Assembly: GCA_016839805.1 (NCBI GenBank)
Contig: JAEOTO010000023.1
Span: 1 to 32,470 of the forward strand
Reading direction: 5' to 3'
Source of the DNA: Candidatus Hermodarchaeota archaeon
GTDB lineage: Archaea > Asgardarchaeota > Hermodarchaeia > Hermodarchaeales > Hermodarchaeaceae
Length of the DNA stretch: 32,470 nucleotides
The position numbers and the translations under genes are program-made. The notes beneath the pieces were generated by a model, which saw nothing but the letters and a program-made list of their open reading frames with translations, was not told the origin of the DNA and searched no databases. Positions 8,572 to 17,800 of the stretch are shown one piece after another (position 1 is the first letter of the stretch; every line of letters starts with the position of its first letter).

Positions 8572-9837
8572 ATGAGGGTGAAACCATCATTGGAAGCCGT
8601 TAGCTCAGGGATTGGCGAAATTGACCGGCTATTGGGTGGTTATTTAGTTCGGGGGAAAGTCTATCTCCTTGAAGCGGATAACGGTACACAACCCCAAGGT
8701 GTCATTCTTCCCTTTGTGAAAAACGGTCTCAACACCAACGAGTTAGTAATTTTTGCTAGCAATGAACGTCCTGGTGAGGATGTTTTAGATCAATTACGTG
8801 AATATGGAATTGAAGTAGACACGGCCATTGCGAATAAGCAATTGTTAATTCTCGATTTATGGTCTGAAGGCCAGATTGAGGCTCCCGGTGTGGTTTCCGT
8901 TGGTAATCCTGCTGACCCACATAAAGTGCTCTACTCTTATCAACAGGTCTACCAATTTGCTATAAATCGAGAACCACGCCTCCCTTTTCGCATAGTAAAT
9001 GATTCACTTTCAGGTTTGGTGATGACTTTTGGCTTCGAAAGAGCATACCGGCTAGCCTCCCGAGCTGCACGGTTAATGAAACTTGGTCAAAGTGTAGGCT
9101 TATCAGTCGTCGTCCCTCGTATGCACGACCCATTGGTCTCAGAAAGCTTTGAACGCTTATATGATGGTGTCATAAGGTTAGTCCTCGAAGAGGAAAAAGA
9201 CCGTGTTCAACGCTTTGTGCGTGTCTTAAAATCACCAATTCCTGGATTTCAAGGACAGCGGGTTCCCTACGAGATAACATCAAAAGGCATTGAAATGAGT
9301 GCTGAACTCATTGAAACGCCTCAGGAAATAAAAGCTGGCTTGAATATGGTGAAGCATGGAGTGCTGCAACTTTTCGATGAACGAATAGTGATCACTCCAT
9401 TCTCCATTTTGAGTACACTTTTGCGTAATTTAGCGTTATCCTTTGAGCTTGAAACTTTGATCCCCGTTTTGATGTCTTCTGCTCAGGAAGCTATGCATGA
9501 GGTTGTTCCTAAACTTTTGGTTCAATTCGAAGGTCAAGAGATTCCTGCTCAAATAGGGGGGTTTGCGAAAATGGTTGGCCTTTTAGGAATGGGAAATATG
9601 CAAATCTCATATGATGAGGAAGATCAAGAATTCACTATTATGCTTGAACATTCTCCATTGGCCACATCTTTGAAAGATCTTGACCTAGCAATTGATTTTA
9701 TCCATTCTGCAATGTTATCAAACCTCTTTGAAGCAGTACTTGACCAACCTTACATTACTGAAGAAATTCTCTGTGTTGCAAAGGGTGACCCACATTGCGA
9801 GTTTAGATCATATCCCGCAAAACGCCCAAAGAAGTAA
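8572..9837 (+). CDS. KaiC/RAD55-like RecA-fold domain (degenerate P-loop) fused to a C-terminal V4R domain
   Basis: SSGIGEIDRLLGG, Walker B-like IVNDSLS, YDGVIRL, R.VRVLK, PYEITSKGI; V4R signature EEILCVAKGDPHCEF. Confidence 0.8.
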   Translation: MRVKPSLEAVSSGIGEIDRLLGGYLVRGKVYLLEADNGTQPQGVILPFVKNGLNTNELVIFASNERPGEDVLDQLREYGIEVDTAIANKQLLILDLWSEGQIEAPGVVSVGNPADPHKVLYSYQQVYQFAINREPRLPFRIVNDSLSGLVMTFGFERAYRLASRAARLMKLGQSVGLSVVVPRMHDPLVSESFERLYDGVIRLVLEEEKDRVQRFVRVLKSPIPGFQGQRVPYEITSKGIEMSAELIETPQEIKAGLNMVKHGVLQLFDERIVITPFSILSTLLRNLALSFELETLIPVLMSSAQEAMHEVVPKLLVQFEGQEIPAQIGGFAKMVGLLGMGNMQISYDEEDQEFTIMLEHSPLATSLKDLDLAIDFIHSAMLSNLFEAVLDQPYITEEILCVAKGDPHCEFRSYPAKRPKK

Positions 9838-9910
9838 TCTTGTGCTATCGTTTAAATGGTACCAAACCTTTTTTCCACTAATACCATATTGAGCACGGCG
9901 AGGATGTATA

Positions 9911-10567
9911 TTGTCTCCCCAGGGTTTGATTGCTTTTGACTTAGATGGAACCTTAGTTCGAATCTGGAGTGCTTGGAGTTGGATTCATCGATTACTAGGA
10001 ACGCTTGAGGCAGCGAAACCCAACGCTGATCGTTATTATGCCGGTGATATTGATTATGTTCGTTGGGCTGAATTAGATGTGGCTTTGTGGCATGGTATCC
10101 CGATTTTAGAAATTGAGCAAGCGATTGATGAAGAGCTGGTTTTCATCCCTAATTCAGCAGAGCTTATCAGGAGATTACAGAATTATGGTTTCAAGACTGC
10201 AATCATTAGTTCAGGATTATCCGTGTTTGCTGACCGAGCGAAGAAACAACTTGGTATTGATTATAGTCAAGCTAACAAACTCGTTATAGATGCTGAGGGG
10301 CGGATTTCAGGGGTCGATGTACACGTAGCTTTTGATAATAAACACAAGGTCCTGAAAGATATCGCCAAAGCGGAGAAAATTCCTCTATCCGATTGCGTTG
10401 CTATTGGAGATTCTCGTAATGATATTCCCATGTTTGAAATCGCTGGTTGTTCAATCGCATTTAATCCAACGAATGCAGAGGTTGCAGCTGCAGCAACTAC
10501 CACCATCCAAAGTGAAAGTGCACTCGATCTCCTCCTACCCCTAAAGAAATATTTCCAAATTGATTGA
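9911..10567 (+). CDS. HAD family IB phosphatase, phosphoserine phosphatase (SerB)-like
   Basis: FDLDGTL, IISSG, ANKL, K, AIGDSRND, IAFN. Confidence 0.85.
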   Translation: MSPQGLIAFDLDGTLVRIWSAWSWIHRLLGTLEAAKPNADRYYAGDIDYVRWAELDVALWHGIPILEIEQAIDEELVFIPNSAELIRRLQNYGFKTAIISSGLSVFADRAKKQLGIDYSQANKLVIDAEGRISGVDVHVAFDNKHKVLKDIAKAEKIPLSDCVAIGDSRNDIPMFEIAGCSIAFNPTNAEVAAAATTTIQSESALDLLLPLKKYFQID

Positions 10568-10675
10568 GTGGAGTCATTCTGAATATCCAATACGCTACAC
10601 TTTAATGCTCGAATTGTACGGTTAAAAGAACCCATCATCCTTGGGCGGCCTGAGCGTCCATAGGAGTGAATTATT

Positions 10676-12430
10676 ATGAGCCAGCGAACGCTAATTGATG
10701 CAAGCATGGGTCGTATAAAGGCAGACCTTGTAATCACCGATGTACAACCCGTAGATGTAATTTCCCGAGAGATTCTCGAAGGAGGCATCGCAGTTAAGGA
10801 GAGTACCATCTGCCGGATTGGGGATGTTTCTGATCTTATTGGAAATAAGACTAAGGTCATTAAGGGGAAAGGGCGATATGCGACACCAGCCTTCATTGAA
10901 TCTCACATTCACGTTGAAAGCACGATGCTCACCCTTACCGAATTTGCCCGAGCTGTCATTCCTCATGGTACTGGAACCGCCATCATTGATCCTCACGAAA
11001 TCGCGAATGTTACAGGTATACGTGGCTTAGAAATTTTCATGGAAGAAGCTCGGAATCTCCCGCTACGCATTCTAATGGAGGTCCCGAGCTGTGTTCCAGC
11101 TGCTTCTCCTGAATTTGAAACCTCTGGTTCTCGCTTGGACGCGTTTACCATTGACCGTTTACTTCAAGATCCATCGGTTATCGGACTTGGCGAAGTTATG
11201 AATGTTCCCGCTGTATTGAACAATGATGAAGATATCCACCTTAAAATTCAGTTTGCCCGTAGTCAAGGAAAAGTTGTGGAAGGTCACGCCCCGGGACTCA
11301 AGGGAAAGAAATTGAATGCTTACATTGCTGCGGGGATTATGTCGGATCACGAATGCGAAACCGCGGAAGAGGCGATTGATAGACTGCGAATGGGTATGAC
11401 AGTTATGGCTCGTGAAGGTTCGATAGTTCGCAATATGATCGATATCCTTCTTCCACTGTATCAAGCGGGGCGCGATTTACGACGATGTACTATTTGCTCC
11501 GATGATTTATCTCCTGTTGAATTAGCAGATCTCGGACATTTGGATCGCAGTCTCCGAAGGGCCATTAATGCAGGCATTGATCCGCTCGTAGCAATTCAAC
11601 TTGTCACTTCAAATCCAGCTCAATTTTTCAATTTATCAAGAGTCGGAAATCTTGCTCCCGGCAACGTAGCGGATATCGTTCTAATTGATGATCTCAAAAC
11701 AATTAATGTTGACGTGGTATTACATCGGGGTCAAGTTGTAGCAAAAGATGGTCGCCTCACGACGAAACTGCAGCGATTTGACTATCCTCTAGATTTGAGA
11801 ACAACAATTCGTTTTGGTGGCATCCCTACAGTGTTAAACTACCAAATTCCTGCTAAGGATGGACCTCATAAAGTACGCGTCATTACTGCAAAAGAGGGCA
11901 GTCTTACCACAGGATCTGAGACCCATACTCTCGACGCCAGAGATGGATATATTCACCCAAACCCTGAAGAGGATATTCTAACCATTGCAGTAACAGAACG
12001 CTACATGAAGGGAGGGAACATTGGTGTGGGCTTCATTCAAGGCTTTGGCCTGAAAGAGGGCGCGATTGCAAGTAGTATAGCCCATGATAGCCACAACATA
12101 ATTACTGTCGCCACCAGTCCTGAAGATGCTATCATGGCAGTCAGTACCGTTTCACAAAGCAACGGAGGCCTTGCAGCGGTAGTGGGACGAAAAGTCGTAT
12201 CCAGTCTACCTTTACCCATCGCTGGAGTAATCACTGATGAACCGGTCAAAAAAGTTGCTCGTCAATTGCAGGCAGTACGGACTGCAGCTCATGAACTTGG
12301 TTGCACACTTGAACATCCCTTTTTAACAATGAGTTTCATGGCACTCCCAGTCATACCGTCACTCAAAATCACTGATAAGGGATTAATTGATGTTGATGAA
12401 ATGAAAATCGTACCAATAGTCCTTAGTTAA
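10676..12430 (+). CDS. ade: Adenine deaminase (amidohydrolase, AdeC type)
   Basis: ESHIHVESTM, DPHEIANV, LGEVMN, GHAPGL, DHEC, REGS, CSDD, AHDSHN, SFMALPVIP.LKITDKGL. Confidence 0.95.
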   Translation: MSQRTLIDASMGRIKADLVITDVQPVDVISREILEGGIAVKESTICRIGDVSDLIGNKTKVIKGKGRYATPAFIESHIHVESTMLTLTEFARAVIPHGTGTAIIDPHEIANVTGIRGLEIFMEEARNLPLRILMEVPSCVPAASPEFETSGSRLDAFTIDRLLQDPSVIGLGEVMNVPAVLNNDEDIHLKIQFARSQGKVVEGHAPGLKGKKLNAYIAAGIMSDHECETAEEAIDRLRMGMTVMAREGSIVRNMIDILLPLYQAGRDLRRCTICSDDLSPVELADLGHLDRSLRRAINAGIDPLVAIQLVTSNPAQFFNLSRVGNLAPGNVADIVLIDDLKTINVDVVLHRGQVVAKDGRLTTKLQRFDYPLDLRTTIRFGGIPTVLNYQIPAKDGPHKVRVITAKEGSLTTGSETHTLDARDGYIHPNPEEDILTIAVTERYMKGGNIGVGFIQGFGLKEGAIASSIAHDSHNIITVATSPEDAIMAVSTVSQSNGGLAAVVGRKVVSSLPLPIAGVITDEPVKKVARQLQAVRTAAHELGCTLEHPFLTMSFMALPVIPSLKITDKGLIDVDEMKIVPIVLS

Positions 12431-12548
12431 TTGTGATCACCAGAGTGAAATTCAAGAAACTAGATAAAACCATGAGGATTGTTGCCCAACTCCAAATGCT
12501 TTTTAGGCTCAATTCATTAACGACCATTAGAACGGAGGAAAAATTACT

Positions 12549-13223
12549 ATGTCCTGGACAATTATTCTTGCACAGCTTGCACCCCTATTCTTAGGCCTAG
12601 GAGCCGTTGCCTCCTTCGCCTGGTTCTTAGACAATCTCATGGGTGAAACCTTTCGCCCAGGTCACACTGAAAAAAGTGACGAGGGCTCAGAGAAGAGCGA
12701 TGCAGAGCGAGGCATCAGCTGGCGCCGAGGAATAGTACGTCTCATTGGGTTTATTGGCATTCCTATGGGTGTACTCTGCTTCGCGTCATTAGTATCCATT
12801 ATTCTGAATCCCTTTGCCACTCCATATGGTGATCCCTTAACACTTTTCCTTCTCGCCTGGATGGGGATAGCCCTCTTTCTAACACCTATAAACAAACTAC
12901 CTTGGGCTGCCCTTATCGGTCTTGCCGCAGGCATCATCGCCGTTATTGCAGTTATTGCCCTTGCACCCGTCATCCCAGAATTCATTACTCAACAAATTCC
13001 CCTCAAATATATCCTCATAGCCATCTTCATTATAGTGGGAGTCATGGTCTTTAGCCTTTTCAAATGGGCAGAAAATCTCCTTGATCTCCTTACAACTGTG
13101 ATGGGCTCTCGCCCCTTCCTGCTCATCCTCTCCTTTGCTGCCCTGGCTCAAGCTATCGCCCTTCCAGTGGTCTTCTTCCTCTTTGGCGGTGCAGGAGGTA
13201 TATTGTGGTTCGTTATCCACTAG
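12549..13223 (+). CDS. Hypothetical polytopic membrane protein
   Basis: About 6 hydrophobic segments; GGAGG RBS. Confidence 0.75.
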   Translation: MSWTIILAQLAPLFLGLGAVASFAWFLDNLMGETFRPGHTEKSDEGSEKSDAERGISWRRGIVRLIGFIGIPMGVLCFASLVSIILNPFATPYGDPLTLFLLAWMGIALFLTPINKLPWAALIGLAAGIIAVIAVIALAPVIPEFITQQIPLKYILIAIFIIVGVMVFSLFKWAENLLDLLTTVMGSRPFLLILSFAALAQAIALPVVFFLFGGAGGILWFVIH

Positions 13224-13231
13224 AACGCATT

Positions 13232-14680
13232 TTATCCCGGATAGTTCGGTGGAGGAGCAATTGGCAAGAAGAAGAGCCGGAAGAGGAGATAACCTGTACC
13301 CACGAGCAGATAGGTAAAGAACATAATGACACCTGTTCGCAGGAACTTGCCATAATTAATGGGTCGGTTCTCTCTTTCGGCAACAGTCATCGTCATGACA
13401 TTCGCAACACTCGCAATTGGAGTCAGGGCACCTCCTAACACAGCCCCAGTTATAAGTGAGGCCCAGATGATACCTGCTGTTCCAGGACCAGAAATAAATG
13501 CGAGATCTCGTGCTACAGGAATTAACGTGGCCGTGACAGGAATATTGTCAATGGCACCACTCGTAAAGCCAGTAATCCATAACATAGTTACACTAGACAG
13601 AGCAGGATCACCCCCTGTGATTTGGGCAACAACTATCCCGATATAGGTAAGAACCCCGAATTCTTCCATACATCCAACAATAAAAAAGAGCCCAATAAAG
13701 AAGAAGAGAGCCGTCCAATCGACTTCTCGGAAAATTCGATTTGCGGGGATCCCACTGAGTAACACAAAGAGCAAAGCCATCACAAAGGCAACGACCCACG
13801 TCAAGCCAGCTGTACCAAAAATAATAAACCCAACAATCATTGCAACAAAGAGAATAGCGGTCCGATAGAAAACATTACGGTCTTCGACCATAGTCCAGGC
13901 GTCTAAAGCCATTAAATCGTTGACACGACTTAACCGTGGAGCTGTGAATTCTCGTCGAAAGATACGTAAAGCGAAGAAGATGGTAACTCCTAGAAGCATC
14001 AGTCCGAGAGGAAGCAAATTTATCGCAAACCAGCCAAAATCGTAGAGTGTTGCACCGGCAACGAGCATCGTTGGAACGCTCGCTATTACTGTAGTGATTC
14101 CGCCGACATTTCCACACATGGCAGTGGCAATCAGATAAGACGTTGGGTTCTGTTCGAGAGCATCACAGGCAAGAATTGTTAATGGCCCTATAATCAGAAC
14201 CGTTGTGGCTATGACTGTCGACATGAGAAATGTGATGCCACAAAAAATCATGAGGAGTCTTCGCGGACTACCCTTACTGAAACTAAGAGCTTTGACTGCA
14301 ATGAACTGAAAAAGCCCAGAATCCTTTGCAATTTCCGTAATTACCATTAGCGAGAGAATAACTACAATCGTCGATAGATCAATCCACTCTGCAAAATAAT
14401 GTGTGAAGACTTCGTCACTAAAAATCGTAGGAAGGTCCTCATAGATACTTGCTTTTCCCATGAAGAAGAGATATTCCGCACTATCAATTGGAAATGTGTT
14501 GGCCAAATCAGTAAAGAAGATGAACTGTTCAAATCGCCAGGCGGGCCAGATTTGAGCAAAGTAAACAATTGCGACAGACGCACCAATGAGGGCGGCGATG
14601 GTATGGTCTGTCACGTCAAAAGTAATCAGTAGGATAACGGCGATGAAGAGCAGAATGATAAAGACAGCTGGTGGAATCAT
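13232..14680 (-). CDS. ArsB/NhaD/SLC13 (IT superfamily) permease
   Basis: IDLSTI, SGLFQFIA, NVGG..T.IAS.PT, VDWTALFFFIGLF, SGAIDNIPVTAT, LGGALTPIASVAN. Confidence 0.88.
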   Translation of the reverse strand: MIPPAVFIILLFIAVILLITFDVTDHTIAALIGASVAIVYFAQIWPAWRFEQFIFFTDLANTFPIDSAEYLFFMGKASIYEDLPTIFSDEVFTHYFAEWIDLSTIVVILSLMVITEIAKDSGLFQFIAVKALSFSKGSPRRLLMIFCGITFLMSTVIATTVLIIGPLTILACDALEQNPTSYLIATAMCGNVGGITTVIASVPTMLVAGATLYDFGWFAINLLPLGLMLLGVTIFFALRIFRREFTAPRLSRVNDLMALDAWTMVEDRNVFYRTAILFVAMIVGFIIFGTAGLTWVVAFVMALLFVLLSGIPANRIFREVDWTALFFFIGLFFIVGCMEEFGVLTYIGIVVAQITGGDPALSSVTMLWITGFTSGAIDNIPVTATLIPVARDLAFISGPGTAGIIWASLITGAVLGGALTPIASVANVMTMTVAERENRPINYGKFLRTGVIMFFTYLLVGTGYLLFRLFFLPIAPPPNYPG

Positions 14681-14814
14681 GGTTCGTCATCCTAGACCCA
14701 GCAACATTAGATATCCTAGTTGGTTGGAAATGAGTCTATATAGTTCCTTTAGTGAGCTCTGCACAAAAGCTTTTTTCCAGTTTTTCACGTCCCAGACACT
14801 TGGGAAAAGGACAT

Positions 14815-15618
14815 TCAAACACCTTTCGCGAAATCGACCATGGTTTGAGCGAGTGCTTCAGGTTGTTCGAATTGGATGGAGTGATCGGATTTGTCGATAA
14901 TCTGGACAGACACATTTGGAAGGTGTTCTTTATAGAAGTCGCCCCATTTGACAGGAAAGGTTGCATCTTGAGCGGCAATTATGACCAACGTGGGATGTTT
15001 AATCTGACTGACTTGGTCTTGAATATTAAAACTGGCAGCCGCTCCCTGGGCATAGCCATGGCTTAACGCTAGCCGTCGACCTTCCTGTTCATTGAAAAGT
15101 AAAAGGTCCATCATCCCGGGTGTTTCTCGAGCCTTCTTGGAGTCATAGAATCCGAGTTCAAGCACTTTTTGGACAGCCTCTTCGGGCTCAAGTCCGTATA
15201 CAAGTTGACCTAATTGGATTTGGGCTTGAGCTGCCTCGACATCAACTGTAGGAGCCGTGTCGATTAATATAAGTGCTTTAACCAATTTTGGGGCATCCAG
15301 GGCGATTTGCTGAGCAATAAAACCTCCTAGGCTATGACCTGAAATAATACACTTCTTGATTTTGAGATACTTTAGCAGGACTAAGAGGTCTTTCGCGAAC
15401 TGGTCAACTCTTATGACTTCTTTGAGTTCACTCGAACGTCCATGACCTCGAAGCTCTGGGAAAATGGTTTGAAAGTGTGGACGAATATGAGGTCGGACAT
15501 ATTGCCAATTCCTGATTGATCCACGGACACCATGAATAAGAAGGAGAGGCTCACCTGTTCCTTCTACTTCATAGTAAAGTTTCGCGTTATTAATTTCCTC
15601 ATAGGGCAATAGGCTCAC
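14815..15618 (-). CDS. Alpha/beta-fold hydrolase
   Basis: PLLLIHG, LRGHGRS, nucleophile elbow GHSLGG, Asp (QDAT) and His (SDHSI); GTG start. Confidence 0.9.
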   Translation of the reverse strand: MSLLPYEEINNAKLYYEVEGTGEPLLLIHGVRGSIRNWQYVRPHIRPHFQTIFPELRGHGRSSELKEVIRVDQFAKDLLVLLKYLKIKKCIISGHSLGGFIAQQIALDAPKLVKALILIDTAPTVDVEAAQAQIQLGQLVYGLEPEEAVQKVLELGFYDSKKARETPGMMDLLLFNEQEGRRLALSHGYAQGAAASFNIQDQVSQIKHPTLVIIAAQDATFPVKWGDFYKEHLPNVSVQIIDKSDHSIQFEQPEALAQTMVDFAKGV

Positions 15619-15817
15619 CTGTTATACTTCCTTCGCGTATAATTTACTAATGTGTGTTATGCTTGTGTTCATTATTCCAAACAGAGAGTCCTAACCAGAT
15701 CATTTCGCCTTTTTCGTAAACCTAATAATCTTTAATTTTCATTCATGGTTTATGGGGGAACCTTGATCATCATACTCTCCTGGATTAAGGGTCCATCTCC
15801 TCTCTAATAGGTTGAAA

Positions 15818-16354
15818 ATGATGCAATTCTTCTTACTTTCCCCGATTATCGTAATTTTCATTGTCATTATTCTGTTAGCCACTTGCATCGTGTGTGTTGC
15901 TGTCCAGGGCAGTCGGGATTCGGAATCGCGTTCCTATGTCCGGGTTAGTAGTCGAGATCCATGGTTGCCAGTCGAAGAGCCGGTTCCTGAAGAACAAAAG
16001 TGGGAGCCCAGCCAGCATATGGTTGATTGTTTGGTATGTTCGTGTGGGAAATGGAATGCTTCCAATCAGAGTGCTTGTTGGAATTGTGACGCTTCATTGT
16101 TAAACGTCGATGTTCAGACATTTTACTTTGAAACAGCTGAAAAGTGTGCAGTGTGTGGTTATTGGGTGTATCCAGGTGAACAGATAGTCCTGTGTCCGTC
16201 ATGTCAGGCCCAAGGTCATCGAGCACATATGTTAGAGTTTCTTAAAGCGAAGGGCAGCTGTCCAGTTTGTAACCAGAAACTACGTGCAAACCAACTCCTC
16301 AATACAATTCAAAAGGTCGGAAGATCTGTTGAAGAAAGACAGGATGAGGAGTAA
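15818..16354 (+). CDS. Membrane-anchored protein with a RanBP2/NZF-like zinc finger and a RING-variant domain
   Basis: N-terminal TM helix; C-x-C-x3-N-x6-C-x2-C; C-x2-C-x12-C-x2-C-x4-H-x2-H-x10-C-P-x-C. Confidence 0.75.
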   Translation: MMQFFLLSPIIVIFIVIILLATCIVCVAVQGSRDSESRSYVRVSSRDPWLPVEEPVPEEQKWEPSQHMVDCLVCSCGKWNASNQSACWNCDASLLNVDVQTFYFETAEKCAVCGYWVYPGEQIVLCPSCQAQGHRAHMLEFLKAKGSCPVCNQKLRANQLLNTIQKVGRSVEERQDEE

Positions 16355-16374
16355 CCTAATCCTTCATTGTGAGT

Positions 16375-17562
16375 CTATACCTTCAAAATTCTTGGTAGTT
16401 TAGTAATTACACGGGATCCTTTCTTTGTTATCACGACATCATTTTCAATACGAACTCCACCAATTCGCGGATAATAAAGAGCAGGTTCGATTGCAATTAC
16501 AGTGTTAGGAAGCATAGGAGTTGGCTCTAAGGATAATCGTGGAAATTCATGCACATCCAGTCCAATGCCATGGCCTAAGGAATGCAGCATCCCCTTCTTA
16601 ATACCTGGAGTACGATTGGCAGATGCGTGTCCATCCCTTTCAAAGGAATCTGCCATAGCATTAACGAGATTTTCTGCTGTTCCACCACCCGCATTGAGAG
16701 TTTCGATTACTGCGTCCATTGCTGCTTTGACAGACTCGAATAAGTCATTCAATTGCTTTGAGATGTGTCCTCGAACGATTGTGCGAGTGATATCGGCATG
16801 ATAACGGTCTTCTAATCGTCGGGGAAAAATATCAACAATAATCGGTTCATTAGTACGCAGCTTATCTTGCGGACTCCCTGAATAATGGTAATCTGCACCT
16901 TTCATTCCACCTGCAACAATCAGGCCTTCATCAGCTTCTGATTCGTTTTCAACTAGTGAGTGCACAATAATCTGCTTTAATCGACCAACAGTTAGGGGGG
17001 TCTTTTTAAATAACAGACTCCGGTTAGCACCCACCTCACTATTTTGAAGAATATCTACGACTTCATGAAAGGCTGCCTCAGTTGCTCGACTCGCTTTGTT
17101 AATTGCTCGAATTTCTCTCTGATCTTTCGTCTCACGGGCTTTGAAAAAAAGATTCTGAACAGGTTTAACCTTAACACCCAATTTCAATAAATTCTGAACA
17201 TACTGGGCATCCGTCTTTCTTGGAATTCCAACAACACCATTCTTTGGGAGTAGATTCTTTGCGATGTCCTCAACTAGTCGACATTCAATCGTTTCCCGGG
17301 ATTTTTTCTCACTAAGGGCTTGATTCCATGTAGGGCTTAGACTATGAAAATCCTTCATTGGAGAATACTTCTTTGCTCTCTGACATACGGCATCAGTTGC
17401 TGCAAGGATAACAGGTTGATCTCTCTGTTTAACGAGAAAGAATTCATCAATCGCAAGAAACCTTGACATGTAAAAAAGGTCGGGATTATGGATGCTTTTG
17501 CCCACAAGAAACAAAGCATCAACTGCATATTCAGCCATTAATCCATTCAGATCCTCTAGCAT
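16375..17562 (-). CDS. Xaa-Pro peptidase, family M24
   Basis: IVDIFPR, YHADITRT, HSLGHGIGLDVHE, IEPALY, GGVRIEND. Confidence 0.93.
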   Translation of the reverse strand: MLEDLNGLMAEYAVDALFLVGKSIHNPDLFYMSRFLAIDEFFLVKQRDQPVILAATDAVCQRAKKYSPMKDFHSLSPTWNQALSEKKSRETIECRLVEDIAKNLLPKNGVVGIPRKTDAQYVQNLLKLGVKVKPVQNLFFKARETKDQREIRAINKASRATEAAFHEVVDILQNSEVGANRSLLFKKTPLTVGRLKQIIVHSLVENESEADEGLIVAGGMKGADYHYSGSPQDKLRTNEPIIVDIFPRRLEDRYHADITRTIVRGHISKQLNDLFESVKAAMDAVIETLNAGGGTAENLVNAMADSFERDGHASANRTPGIKKGMLHSLGHGIGLDVHEFPRLSLEPTPMLPNTVIAIEPALYYPRIGGVRIENDVVITKKGSRVITKLPRILKV

Positions 17563-17683
17563 TAGAAGCCAACTCAGAGTATTCAGTAGGACCTAAGAGG
17601 ATTTGGAGGTGTACTTAATCTCACCTTAAATCTTCTGATGATTTCACGTTGAGCTTAAACCTCTCAATTTCATACTGAATATT

Positions 17684-17800
17684 GTATCGTGCTTGCACAA
17701 TACCTAAGTACCCCTGGTCCTGCGGGAAGTGACCAGAATTTTGGTCACAAAGTCGCAGATAGCATATCTGCGCTGACCAGATGAAAGCATCCTAGTGATA
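17684..17800 (+). promoter_or_regulatory. Structured putative 5' leader of the MFS gene (palindrome plus three-way junction)
   Basis: Stems CTGGTC/GACCAG (17714-19/17775-80), GTGACCA/TGGTCAC (17729-35/17742-48) and CGCAGATA/TATCTGCG (17754-61/17765-72); palindrome at 17684-17703. Confidence 0.45.

Noticed and set aside
8572-9837. Circadian clock KaiC
   Set aside because: Single degenerate RecA domain, no tandem CI/CII, and no kaiA or kaiB in the window.
10267-10896. 209-aa minus-strand ORF
   Set aside because: Antisense shadow across the well-supported SerB-like and ade genes; no recognisable motifs.
15746-15810. Fluoride riboswitch-like GGAGATGG on the minus strand, a hairpin, and a 20-codon ORF
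   Set aside because: The pseudoknot complement after TGATGA is missing, no crcB-type gene follows, and the short ORF has no RBS or motif.
17635-17678. C/D-box sRNA (CTGATGA ... CTGA)
   Set aside because: The C box lacks the 5' purine, the span is short (~44 nt), and there is no convincing internal D'/C' pair.
17720-17758. Archaeal SECIS-like hairpin (GAA/A internal loop)
   Set aside because: I saw no gene in the window with an in-frame UGA at a catalytic Cys position, and the stem geometry does not match the consensus.
17714-17780. Hammerhead ribozyme (three-way-junction topology)
   Set aside because: The joiners read CTGCGGGAA and AAAGT rather than the invariant CUGANGA and GAAA cores, and the minus strand does not fit either.
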